Translations under genes and position numbers: made by a program | DNA from: an uncultured Bacilli bacterium | GTDB taxonomy: Bacteria > Bacillota_I > Bacilli_A > RF39 > UBA660 | DNA length: 64,000 nucleotides | NCBI GenBank assembly: GCA_934099115.1 | Contig: CAKOPK010000001.1 | Location: 17,682-81,681 of the forward strand | Reading direction: 5' to 3' | Shown here: positions 29,753 to 38,672 of the stretch, piece after piece | Numbering within the stretch: the stretch's first letter is position 1 | Layout of the letters: each line of letters opens with the position of its first letter | The notes under the pieces: model-generated | What the model was told of the DNA's origin: nothing | Databases searched by the model: none | Seen by the model: only the letters and a program-made list of their open reading frames with translations

Positions 29753-30903
29753 TTTTTTACCTCAATTCTTACAAAAGGATATATACATAAAAATTTTGTT
29801 ATTGTTACTACTTTATTAAAGTTTTCTTCATTCGTAATAATTGTGTTAAATCCTTTACTCATTTCATTTAGAATATTTATATAAAATTTTGATAAACTAT
29901 TATTTAATACTTTTTTATTAAATTTTCGCATGTCTGCGCCTATATATATATCTTCTGTTTTATTTATTTTGTCTATTACTATTTTTCTATCACTTTTATT
30001 AAGATAAAAATTTAAGAAGGAATTTAAGAATATATTTTCTTTATAGTTGGGAACTCTTTTTTCAATTATAAATTTTAGTATTTTATATTTATTTTTAGCT
30101 TCTTTTTTTTGATATATTGGATAATAATTTATTTTTAATTTGTTTAAGGTTCTAAATATTAAATACTGAAATTTATATAAAGGAATATTATAATATTTCA
30201 TTAAGTTTACTGCTGTTCTTAATTCTCCATTTAGTACATTTAGTTTTCCTAGCTCATTATTAATATAATTTCCTTCAAAAACACGGTATTTAAAATATGA
30301 AAAGTCAGTATTTTTAATTTCTAACATTTTAGGACTAGTTTTAAAATCTAACCAAAATGGTGTATTCCATTCTAAATAGTTATTTTTAACATTTGTAACA
30401 AAACTTTCTTTTGTATGAAAAGCCATATCTGTAAAAAGATTTCTTCCTAGCCATAATAATTGAAGGGCTATTGTTGATTGATTTTTCTTATAGGATTTAA
30501 CAGGTAAGTAGCCAATTTTTTCGGATTTTTCATTTATTATTTCTGAGCCTGATATAATAGCATCTGCTTTATTAATTTTAAAGTAATTGGCAACTTTTTG
30601 TAAAACTTCATTATTGTCAAATAAATCATCTGAGTGAAGGATATAGACATAATCTCCTGTTATTAATGGTAAAACTGTCATAATAGCATTTAATTGGTCC
30701 ATATTTTCATGATATATATATTGTATTCTTTTGTCATTTATTTTCTTTAAAAAGTCTTTAATAATTGTTTTGGTATTATCGGTTGAGCCATCATCAGAGA
30801 TTAATAATTCCCAATCTTGATAGGTTTGGTTTAATACTGAATTCACCGCTTCTAAGATCGTTTCACTATCATTGTATGTCGGCATAATTATTGTAAATTT
30901 CAT
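29749..30903 (-). CDS. GT2 glycosyltransferase
   Basis: MKFTIIMPTYNDSETI, SDDGSTDNT, HSDD. Confidence 0.85.
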   Translation of the reverse strand: MKFTIIMPTYNDSETILEAVNSVLNQTYQDWELLISDDGSTDNTKTIIKDFLKKINDKRIQYIYHENMDQLNAIMTVLPLITGDYVYILHSDDLFDNNEVLQKVANYFKINKADAIISGSEIINEKSEKIGYLPVKSYKKNQSTIALQLLWLGRNLFTDMAFHTKESFVTNVKNNYLEWNTPFWLDFKTSPKMLEIKNTDFSYFKYRVFEGNYINNELGKLNVLNGELRTAVNLMKYYNIPLYKFQYLIFRTLNKLKINYYPIYQKKEAKNKYKILKFIIEKRVPNYKENIFLNSFLNFYLNKSDRKIVIDKINKTEDIYIGADMRKFNKKVLNNSLSKFYINILNEMSKGFNTIITNEENFNKVVTITKFLCIYPFVRIEVKK

Positions 30904-31010
30904 ATTTTATCTCCTTATAAAAATATGATAACATAATCAGGTATTAAAATCAATTAAATAGGCATTTTATCGAACTATTTTCTAGTAAAAAAAGAATACT
31001 CTTTGGTATT

Positions 31011-32609
31011 CTAGTTTTTCTTCTTACTATTTTCATTTTCTTTTTTTGGGAATACTCTACTTACAAAATAACCCATAACAAATCCTAAAATAGTGATAAT
31101 TCCTAAGTTATCTAACATATTGCCAGAGTAAGCAGCGACACATAAAAGTAATCCTATTCCAAAACATAGACTGGCGTTTTCAATATTTAATAATTCTCTT
31201 TTTCTAATAATCTTAATCATTGATAAAATTAATAATAGAACTATTGGCCCCAATAATAAAATGACACCTACTATTCCTAAAGAAAAATATTGATATAAGA
31301 AGTCTCTTTCTAAATTAAATATTTTAGAAGTCCTACTATAAGTTATTCCGAAAAAATCATCCATTTTAGAAGAATTTACTTCTTTAATTCTTTTAAATAT
31401 TTTAGTTTGAATATTTCTGTTATTTGCCTTTGCTTCTGCATTTTCATTCATAATGATATCTGCCCAAAATTCATAGTCATATTTAAATGAATAAGAGTTT
31501 ATAAATAAACTTGGCATAATACCTAAATCATTATGATTTTTAGCGATATATTTCTTGATTAGTACCTTTCTTTCTTCTTTGTCTTTTATACTATATATTT
31601 CTTTAAAACTATTGTAATTATCTAATTTAAAATCGTCATCTTCTTTGTCACCATCATCAACGTCAATATCATCATCCTCATCAGGTTTTTTAGTATCTGT
31701 TTTATCTTTATCAGGTGTCTTATCGCCTTTATACATATCACTCGTTAAATATATTCTTTGTGCCATTGGTGAATTTGGCAGAAGAGCAAAGCAAATTAAT
31801 ATAATTGCTATAGAAGCAAAAAGTTTACCTAAATCAATTTTAAATTCTTTGACAATAAATGCAAAAAATAAATATAATAAGCACATCATAACTGCTATTA
31901 TTACAAATCCTAATGTGCAGGCTTTAGTGCCTGCCATAAATAAAGCTAACATATTACAAACGATTGCAGTTAAATAAATATATTTTCCTTCTTTATAATA
32001 AATACTGTATATGTATGGTGTAATTAATAAAAGATTTGTCATTACGATTGTTGCGTAAAAAAATCCTCTTGTTGATGCATTTGAGTAGCTAATATCTTTT
32101 ACAAACCAATCAAAAATATTATAACTTATATTGAAATCATAATAGCTTGATTTAGATAATAAGAAAATATTAGAAATTATTACACTTATTGATACTATTA
32201 AGCTAAAAGTTACAATAATCTTTTTAAATAAGGCACTACTTATAGGAATTGAGTATAAATAATAGATTAGTATTAAGGGAAAAAAATATCTTGAAATATA
32301 TAATAATTCTTCTACTAAACTATAGTTAAAATTTCCTGGTACTAGTGATTCAAATTGAAGTGCGTTTATATGATGCATTATAATATATAATATCATTAAG
32401 GCAAAATATACTATTAATCCTTTTCTTTTATCTGCAAATTTAGTTTGAATCAAGAGCAAAATAAATAAAATAGCTAAAAGTGTATATCTAATGATAGTAG
32501 AAATTTTAAAGCCAAAAATTTCAATTGCATTATTATACATAAAGTAGGTATCTAAAAAAGGCTGAATTAAAATTAAAATTGTTAAAACAATGTTATTTAT
32601 TTTTTTCAT
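31011..32609 (-). CDS. Wzy/O-antigen-ligase-like polymerase with an acidic D/K-rich loop
   Basis: At least 10 TM helices with a large loop. The low-complexity insert reads DKTPDKDKTDTKKPDEDDDIDVDDGDKEDDD. ATG 32609 lies behind an AAGGAGA RBS and overlaps the tagO end by 17 nt. Confidence 0.7.
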   Translation of the reverse strand: MKKINNIVLTILILIQPFLDTYFMYNNAIEIFGFKISTIIRYTLLAILFILLLIQTKFADKRKGLIVYFALMILYIIMHHINALQFESLVPGNFNYSLVEELLYISRYFFPLILIYYLYSIPISSALFKKIIVTFSLIVSISVIISNIFLLSKSSYYDFNISYNIFDWFVKDISYSNASTRGFFYATIVMTNLLLITPYIYSIYYKEGKYIYLTAIVCNMLALFMAGTKACTLGFVIIAVMMCLLYLFFAFIVKEFKIDLGKLFASIAIILICFALLPNSPMAQRIYLTSDMYKGDKTPDKDKTDTKKPDEDDDIDVDDGDKEDDDFKLDNYNSFKEIYSIKDKEERKVLIKKYIAKNHNDLGIMPSLFINSYSFKYDYEFWADIIMNENAEAKANNRNIQTKIFKRIKEVNSSKMDDFFGITYSRTSKIFNLERDFLYQYFSLGIVGVILLLGPIVLLLILSMIKIIRKRELLNIENASLCFGIGLLLCVAAYSGNMLDNLGIITILGFVMGYFVSRVFPKKENENSKKKN

Positions 32610-33669
32610 TTTTGGTCTCCTTCTTTTGTTTCTTGGCGTGAGCAAATAGGATATCGGTCTTTAATACTAAGAATAAAAGCATAATCATTAATACTATATA
32701 AAGCGCTATCGCTTGTTTATTATCACCTATAACATAGAAAATAGATACTACAGAGAATAAAATATTTATAAAATAAATAATTAATACTGTTTTTCTAGTC
32801 CCAAATTTCATTTTTAATAATTGGTGATGTAAGTGCTCTTTATCGGGTTTGCCAATACTCTCTCCTTTTAATAATCTTCTTAATATAGCAAAAAGAGTAT
32901 CAAATATAGGAATTGCTAAAATAAGTAATGGTACTACTAAAGAAGTAATAGTTGCCATTTTAAAGCCTAATAAAGAAATTACAGCAATCATAAAGCCTAA
33001 AAATAAACTTCCAGAATCGCCCATAAATATTTTAGCTGGTGGGAAATTATGGCCTAAAAAACCAACTGTAGAGCCTAACATTATTAAAGATAAAATAATA
33101 TCTAAGCCTCCTAATTTATTGTTTATGAATGCTATGATTGCTATTGTAGCAAAATTGATAGTACTTATTCCTGCTGCTAATCCATCTAGGCCGTCAATTA
33201 AGTTTATAGCATTAGCAATAGATACAATAAATAGAACTGAGATAATAGTATTAAGCCAGTATGGAAAATTAAAGTGAAACCCTAAAAATGTTATTTCTGA
33301 AAAATAAGTGTTACCATAAAATACAACTACACAAGCTGCTATAATTTGAAATAAAAATTTTGTTCTTGCTCTTATGGGTTTTATATCATCAATAAATCCT
33401 GTTAATACAATTATGAATGCTCCTATTAATATAGATAACATCTGTGTTGTTGGTTCACCGTAAATCATATAGCCAATTAAAAAGCCACCAAAGATTCCTA
33501 AACCGCCACATCTTGGCATAGGTACTTTATGTACTTTTCTTTCATTTGGCTTATCCATAGCGCCAACATGAATTGCTATACTTTTTGCTAAAAATGTTAG
33601 TATATAACTTGATAATATTGTTACCAATAGTATTAAATATATTGAATATCCGTTTACCTCTAAATTCAT
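32593..33669 (-). CDS. tagO: undecaprenyl-phosphate GlcNAc-1-phosphate transferase (MraY/WecA/TagO family)
   Basis: FIDDIKP, NAINLIDGLDGLA and FMGDSGSLFLGF motifs. ATG 33669 lies behind an AGGTGG RBS. Confidence 0.9.
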   Translation of the reverse strand: MNLEVNGYSIYLILLVTILSSYILTFLAKSIAIHVGAMDKPNERKVHKVPMPRCGGLGIFGGFLIGYMIYGEPTTQMLSILIGAFIIVLTGFIDDIKPIRARTKFLFQIIAACVVVFYGNTYFSEITFLGFHFNFPYWLNTIISVLFIVSIANAINLIDGLDGLAAGISTINFATIAIIAFINNKLGGLDIILSLIMLGSTVGFLGHNFPPAKIFMGDSGSLFLGFMIAVISLLGFKMATITSLVVPLLILAIPIFDTLFAILRRLLKGESIGKPDKEHLHHQLLKMKFGTRKTVLIIYFINILFSVVSIFYVIGDNKQAIALYIVLMIMLLFLVLKTDILFAHAKKQKKETKNEKNK

Positions 33670-33830
33670 CTTTACCACCTTTGTCACCTTTATCTCAGTC
33701 GCCTTTAACTTGTCTGTATTTTCATGATATCATAAAAATATAAAAAAAAAAAGACTAAGTATTGATTTCAGGGACTTATTGCGTTTTTTTAACATAAATT
33801 AAAGAAATCAAACTACTTAATCAGTGCATA

Positions 33831-35336
33831 TTAAACATAATGGCCTTTTACTTTTATAAACTCTATGATTCTTGCTACTAACTTTCTAAAAGATTTAAAG
33901 CTAATATAATAAATAATTGTTAATATAGCTCCTACTACTATAGATGATATTGAAACATTTAGAATAAATGAAATTACTCCATTAACATTTAAATTTAATA
34001 TATTTAGTAATACTACAAAGATAATATTCATACCAATTACTATAAAATATTTGGCAAAATATATTAAGGCATTTTTATTAAATATATTCTTATATATATA
34101 GCATGGGTTTTGAAGAAAAGAGGTTATTAATTTAGATACTATGGTTCCTATTAGAACACCCATAATTTTAAATTTTTGAATTAAAATTAATGATAGCACT
34201 AAATTTATTATAGCTTCTAAAACTGTAGCAATTTTTGTTTCTTTAAATAAGCCTTCACAATTAATTAGCATTTGAATTGGTTTTTCGGCAATTATCTGAA
34301 AAGTTGATAGACAAAACAAGAATAGAACAAGATTACCTACTAAGTATTTTTCTCCTATCCATAGTACAATTAATTTGCTTAAAAATCCATAAAGCATAAT
34401 GCAAACAAAACTGGCAATGAATAGAAATAAAATATTTAATTCATTGAAAATACTATAAGATTTATCTTTGTTTTCTTTAATTAAAGCGTTTGCAAAACTT
34501 GGAGTTATACTATGAGAAACCATATAGATTATATCTGTTATAAACTTTGTTATATAAATATAGGAAGTATATATTACAACACTAATAGGATCAATAAAAG
34601 CTGATATTAAGATTATATCTGTATTTGAATTTAATAAATCAGCGCATTTTCTCCATATTATGTCTTTTGTTCCTTTTAAATACTTTTTATTAAATGTTTT
34701 TTCATTTTTTAACCAGGGATACATTTTATATATTTTTTTATTAATAATAATATCAAAACCAACCGTTAATGCAATACCTGGTAATAGTATTATTAAATAA
34801 TCTACTCCTAATAAGACTAAACCTATTTCAATTATCGTTTCTAAAATTTTAGTTCCTTTTAAAAGAATATTAACTTTATATATTTTTTGGTCCGCTTCTA
34901 AAATATATCTAGGAGCTACAAAATAATAATCAATTACATTTCTTAATATAAAAATTAAGAAAATTATTTGGATGTAGCTTGAAGATACATTTGCTTTTGT
35001 TAAATACTCAATAAAAAAACTAATAATAATTGCTAGACCTAACATTACACTTCCTATTATATTATAAAATCTTTTGGAAGTACTATATATTCTATTTATT
35101 TCGTCGGTATCATTTTTGGCAAAAGCATGATATAATTGTTGATTTAGAATTAGGCCAAATCCTGCATCTGTAATTGCTATATAGCTTAATATTTGACCAA
35201 ATAATTGATTTAATGAATAAATATCATCACTTAAACCATTTATAAATACTCGTACTTTTACAAAGCCTAATAGTCCTATAATTAATGTTAATATTACTGT
35301 TGAAAAAATATTTTGTAGTGACTTTTTTGTTCTCAT
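33831..35336 (-). CDS. Wzx-type (MOP superfamily) polysaccharide flippase
   Basis: 501 aa with ~14 TM helices and typical polysaccharide-biosynthesis-protein topology. First gene of the locus on the minus strand. Confidence 0.8.
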   Translation of the reverse strand: MRTKKSLQNIFSTVILTLIIGLLGFVKVRVFINGLSDDIYSLNQLFGQILSYIAITDAGFGLILNQQLYHAFAKNDTDEINRIYSTSKRFYNIIGSVMLGLAIIISFFIEYLTKANVSSSYIQIIFLIFILRNVIDYYFVAPRYILEADQKIYKVNILLKGTKILETIIEIGLVLLGVDYLIILLPGIALTVGFDIIINKKIYKMYPWLKNEKTFNKKYLKGTKDIIWRKCADLLNSNTDIILISAFIDPISVVIYTSYIYITKFITDIIYMVSHSITPSFANALIKENKDKSYSIFNELNILFLFIASFVCIMLYGFLSKLIVLWIGEKYLVGNLVLFLFCLSTFQIIAEKPIQMLINCEGLFKETKIATVLEAIINLVLSLILIQKFKIMGVLIGTIVSKLITSFLQNPCYIYKNIFNKNALIYFAKYFIVIGMNIIFVVLLNILNLNVNGVISFILNVSISSIVVGAILTIIYYISFKSFRKLVARIIEFIKVKGHYV

Positions 35337-35588
35337 CTAATTCTCCTTATACAAGCATTATATATCAAATTTTTGTAAATTAAAAGAAAATTATTACTGT
35401 TTTTTTAGAATAAACTATTTTAGATTGTTTGTCCAGTAATAATTTACTTTTAAAAATTCATTTATTATTTCTTTTTTTGTGCTTTCATTTTTGGTTATAT
35501 AAGAATTATTTTCTTTGTAATAGACATTATTTATAACATTTACTTCTTTTTTTATGTCACTGGTATATTGTAAATATTCGTTTCAGGT

Positions 35589-36170
35589 TTATTGTATATA
35601 GCGTATAAAGCGAATAGATAAAAGAAGACTATTTCTTAAGGCAACGCTTATTACCGTTTTATTATCTATTTTGGATGATTTTATATATTGTTCATCTTTT
35701 AATAAATTGTTAATATTATTTATCATTATTTTCAAAGAATAACTTTCTATTATGATAGCAATTATATAAATAATCATGCCTAAACGAATTAACATTAAAT
35801 TGTTTAAAAAAGCACCTATAATTATCATAGAATAAGAAATTATTATTAGAAAATCATTTAAATCACGAAGGTTTAAAATTGTTTTGTTTTTATTGCTTAC
35901 TATTAAAGAAGTAAATGATGCATATATACTTTGGTTATTAAAAACTTCTTCTGATAGTTTTACTGTGTCTCTTTTTTGATCATAATAATTTGATATTATT
36001 CCTTTTTTCTCTATGATATGTGTTTCATCACCTGATAGTTTTCTTGCCAATTCAAAGCCTGTAAGCCTATTTTCGTTTTCTATTTCTTTTAAAGATTTAT
36101 TTTTTAGATAAACAATAAAACCTGCGATTAATTCTAGTAAAATTATAATTAAAAATATATTTTCAACCAT
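35589..36170 (-). CDS. YugP-like membrane protein lacking the HExxH site
   Basis: LTGFELARKL...YYDQKRDTVKLSEEVF..QSIYASFTSLIV parallels the YugP (Zn_peptidase_2) N-half, but no HExxH is present. Its start overlaps the cysS stop (TAATG). Confidence 0.5.
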   Translation of the reverse strand: MVENIFLIIILLELIAGFIVYLKNKSLKEIENENRLTGFELARKLSGDETHIIEKKGIISNYYDQKRDTVKLSEEVFNNQSIYASFTSLIVSNKNKTILNLRDLNDFLIIISYSMIIIGAFLNNLMLIRLGMIIYIIAIIIESYSLKIMINNINNLLKDEQYIKSSKIDNKTVISVALRNSLLLSIRFIRYIQ

Positions 36171-37555
36171 TATGCGGCCTCGTAAGTAGTTCCTTCTCTA
36201 GTGTCTTTTAATATTATTCCTTCTTTTAATAAAGCATTTCTTATATTATCTGCTTCTTCATAATTTTTGCTCTTCTTGGCTTCATTTCTTTTTTTAATCA
36301 TTTCTTCGATATATTCTTGATTTATTTCCTTTTGTTCTTGTTTAAATAAATCTAATGATAAGACTTTATCCATTTCTTTTATGATTGCTATTTTTGTAGA
36401 ATTATTGATTTCTGATTTTAATACATCGTATAAAACAGTTAGTGCATTCGCAGTATTTAAGTCATCACATAAACATTCTTTAAATTTAGTAACATACGTT
36501 TCTTTTGTTTTTTCATTTACACTTCCGTCTTCTTGAAAGCTTAATATTTTAGTTTTTAATTTTTTATAGGCATTTTCTGCACCATTTAAAGCTTCATAAC
36601 TAAATGTTAATTGTTTACGGTAATGGCTTTGTAAAACAAAGAAACGATAGCAAATTGGGTTGATATTATTTTCTTCTAGAGTTGAAACTGTTAGAACTGA
36701 GCCTTTAGATTTACTCATTTTTCCTCTGGCGTCATTTAAATGTTCACCATGAACCCAATATTTACACCAATCATGGCCAATATAAGCTTCACTTTGAGCA
36801 ATTTCATTTGTATGATGAGGGAAGATATTATCAACACCACCACAATGGATATCTAAATATTCTCCTAAATATTTTAAAGATATTCCTGTACATTCTATAT
36901 GCCAACCAGGGTAACCTTTACCAAAAGGACTATCCCATTTTAATTCTTGGTCTTCAAATTTTGATTTTGTAAACCATAAAACAAAGTCTGTTTTATTCTT
37001 TTTGTTAGTATCTTCTTCTACTGTGTCTCTTACACCTGAGATTAATTCTTCTTTTACATGATTGGTTAGTTTATAATAATCATCTAGTTTAGAAGTATCA
37101 AAATAAACATTTCCTCCTCGCTCATAAGCATAACCTGTCTTTAATAATTTAGTAATAATTTTAATATATTCATCAATATTTTCAGTAGCAGGACTTACAA
37201 TATCCGGTCTTTTAATATTTAGTTTATCTGTGTCTTTAAAAAAAGCATCAGTATAAAATTTAGCAATATCTAAAACCGTTTTATGTTCTTTTTTAGCACT
37301 ATTAACCATCTTATCATCGCCAGTATCTGAGTCACTTGTTAAATGACCTACATCTGTTATATTCATAACTCTAGTTACATCATATCCTAAAAATCTTAGA
37401 GTTTTTTCTAAAATATCTTCCATAATGTATGTTCTTAAATTACCTATGTGAGCATAACTATATACAGTTGGTCCACATGTATACATTTTTACTTTATTTT
37501 CTTCCCAAGGAATAAATTCTTCAACTTGTCTTGTTAATGTATTATATATTTTCAT
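36170..37555 (-). CDS. cysS: cysteine--tRNA ligase
   Basis: YTCGPTVYSYAHIGN (HIGH-type) and KMSKSKG motifs, 461 aa. Confidence 0.95.
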   Translation of the reverse strand: MKIYNTLTRQVEEFIPWEENKVKMYTCGPTVYSYAHIGNLRTYIMEDILEKTLRFLGYDVTRVMNITDVGHLTSDSDTGDDKMVNSAKKEHKTVLDIAKFYTDAFFKDTDKLNIKRPDIVSPATENIDEYIKIITKLLKTGYAYERGGNVYFDTSKLDDYYKLTNHVKEELISGVRDTVEEDTNKKNKTDFVLWFTKSKFEDQELKWDSPFGKGYPGWHIECTGISLKYLGEYLDIHCGGVDNIFPHHTNEIAQSEAYIGHDWCKYWVHGEHLNDARGKMSKSKGSVLTVSTLEENNINPICYRFFVLQSHYRKQLTFSYEALNGAENAYKKLKTKILSFQEDGSVNEKTKETYVTKFKECLCDDLNTANALTVLYDVLKSEINNSTKIAIIKEMDKVLSLDLFKQEQKEINQEYIEEMIKKRNEAKKSKNYEEADNIRNALLKEGIILKDTREGTTYEAA

Positions 37556-37605
37556 CTAAGTCACCTTTTCATATTATTATTATATTATAAATCTATTTGA
37601 ATTAA

Positions 37606-37631
37606 AAGAAAAAACTACTAGATTTAGTAGC
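37606..37631 (-). terminator. rho-independent terminator after secG
   Basis: On the minus strand: CTACTA-AATC-TAGTAG followed by TTTTTTC. Confidence 0.7.
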
Positions 37632-37850
37632 TTATTTTAAGAATAATATTAGAGAAATGATAAAGAAGGCAAAGCCTAAGAATAGAGTTAGGCGACTTAT
37701 AAATAGTTCAAATCCTCTTTCTTTCATGTTTTGAAATAATGTATCATTTCCACCGGTAATAATTTGACTTCCATCATTCGCTTTATTACTTTGTAATAAA
37801 ACTACTACGATAAGTAAAACTGATATTATTAATAAAATTGTTTCTAACAT
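37632..37850 (-). CDS. secG: preprotein translocase subunit SecG
   Basis: 72 aa with two TM helices around LLQSNKANDGSQIITGG. The second ATG (37850) has the better spacing from the AAAGGAA RBS. Confidence 0.8.
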   Translation of the reverse strand: MLETILLIISVLLIVVVLLQSNKANDGSQIITGGNDTLFQNMKERGFELFISRLTLFLGFAFFIISLILFLK

Positions 37851-38007
37851 TATAATCATTCCTTTTGTTTCGTGTTAAATTATATCATAAAAACTAGGGA
37901 TTGTATACTTTTTTTGTGTTTTTCGGCTTTTTTAAATAAATAAGATAGAAAGTACTTGCAATTTTAAGATATTTTTGGTATTCTATAGTTGTATTTTATA
38001 TATACAT

Positions 38008-38084
38008 GGCGGAATTGGTGAAGTGGTTAACACGGTAGATTGTGGCTCTATTATGCAAGGGTTCGAATCCCTTATTTCGCCCCA
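38008..38084 (+). tRNA. tRNA-His (anticodon GTG) with encoded G-1 and CCA
   Basis: 8-bp acceptor stem GGCGGAAT/ATTTCGCC, including G-1:C73. Anticodon stem GTAGA/TCTAT with loop TTGTGGC. T-arm AAGGG-TTCGAAT-CCCTT. 3' CCA at 38082-84. Confidence 0.92.
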
Positions 38085-38098
38085 TTATATTTTAAATT

Positions 38099-38127
38099 AA
38101 GAGTGTAAACTCTTTTTTTATTTTTTT
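38099..38127 (+). terminator. rho-independent terminator after tRNA-His
   Basis: AAGAGT-GTAA-ACTCTT followed by TTTTTATTTTTTT. Confidence 0.75.
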
Positions 38128-38183
38128 AATCTCATATAGTTATTTTTAATATTCTGTGCTAATATGTAGTAAAGGTGTTTAGT

Positions 38184-38624
38184 ATGAAATATAAAAAGTT
38201 TTTTATAGGTTTTCTTTTTTGTGCTGTAGTTGGTGGTATTATTAACAGCAATAATTCAGATAAAACTGTTTTTAAAGAAGATACTAATCCCAATACTATA
38301 GCTACATGTGATGGTATTGATGTTACAACTGATTGTGAATTAGATGGAGTTTTGTATTCTGTTTATAAATATTATCCTCCGGTTCCAGAACAATCTCATA
38401 TTGAGACTATTACTACTTATGTTAATGAAATAATTGGATATTGTACTAAATGTAATGATGGCAGCTATAGCCCTTCTTGTGCTACTGGTAGAGGAGCTTG
38501 TTCTCATCATGGGGGAGTTCAACAATTTAACGCTCCAATTTATGGACAAGTTCCTAAATATGATAAGAAAAAAGTGATTACTAAAGAAGCAGAACCAGAA
38601 CGTTGGGAAAAAATATTAAAGTAA
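38184..38624 (+). CDS. DUF3761-domain secreted protein
   Basis: Signal peptide. C-terminal CTKCNDGSYSPSCATGRGACSHHGGV is characteristic of DUF3761. ATG 38184 lies behind an AAAGGTG RBS. Confidence 0.75.
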   Translation: MKYKKFFIGFLFCAVVGGIINSNNSDKTVFKEDTNPNTIATCDGIDVTTDCELDGVLYSVYKYYPPVPEQSHIETITTYVNEIIGYCTKCNDGSYSPSCATGRGACSHHGGVQQFNAPIYGQVPKYDKKKVITKEAEPERWEKILK

Positions 38625-38628
38625 GTAT

Positions 38629-38671
38629 AAAACCTCTTTATTATTGCAAATTAATAATAAGAGGTTTTTTA
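38629..38671 (+). terminator. long AT-rich hairpin terminator
   Basis: AACCTCTTTATTATT-GCAA...-AATAATAAGAGGTT followed by TTTT. The AAGAGG in its 3' arm doubles as the RBS of the next gene. Confidence 0.6.
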
Positions 38672-38672
38672 T

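Noticed and set aside
35420-35588. A 54-codon open frame in phase with the YugP-like gene after two stop codons (TAA, ACC, TGA), considered as stop-codon read-through or a lost C-terminal domain.
   Set aside because: It has no start codon, two stops lie in tandem, and the N/K/Y-rich composition is typical of AT-rich non-coding DNA.
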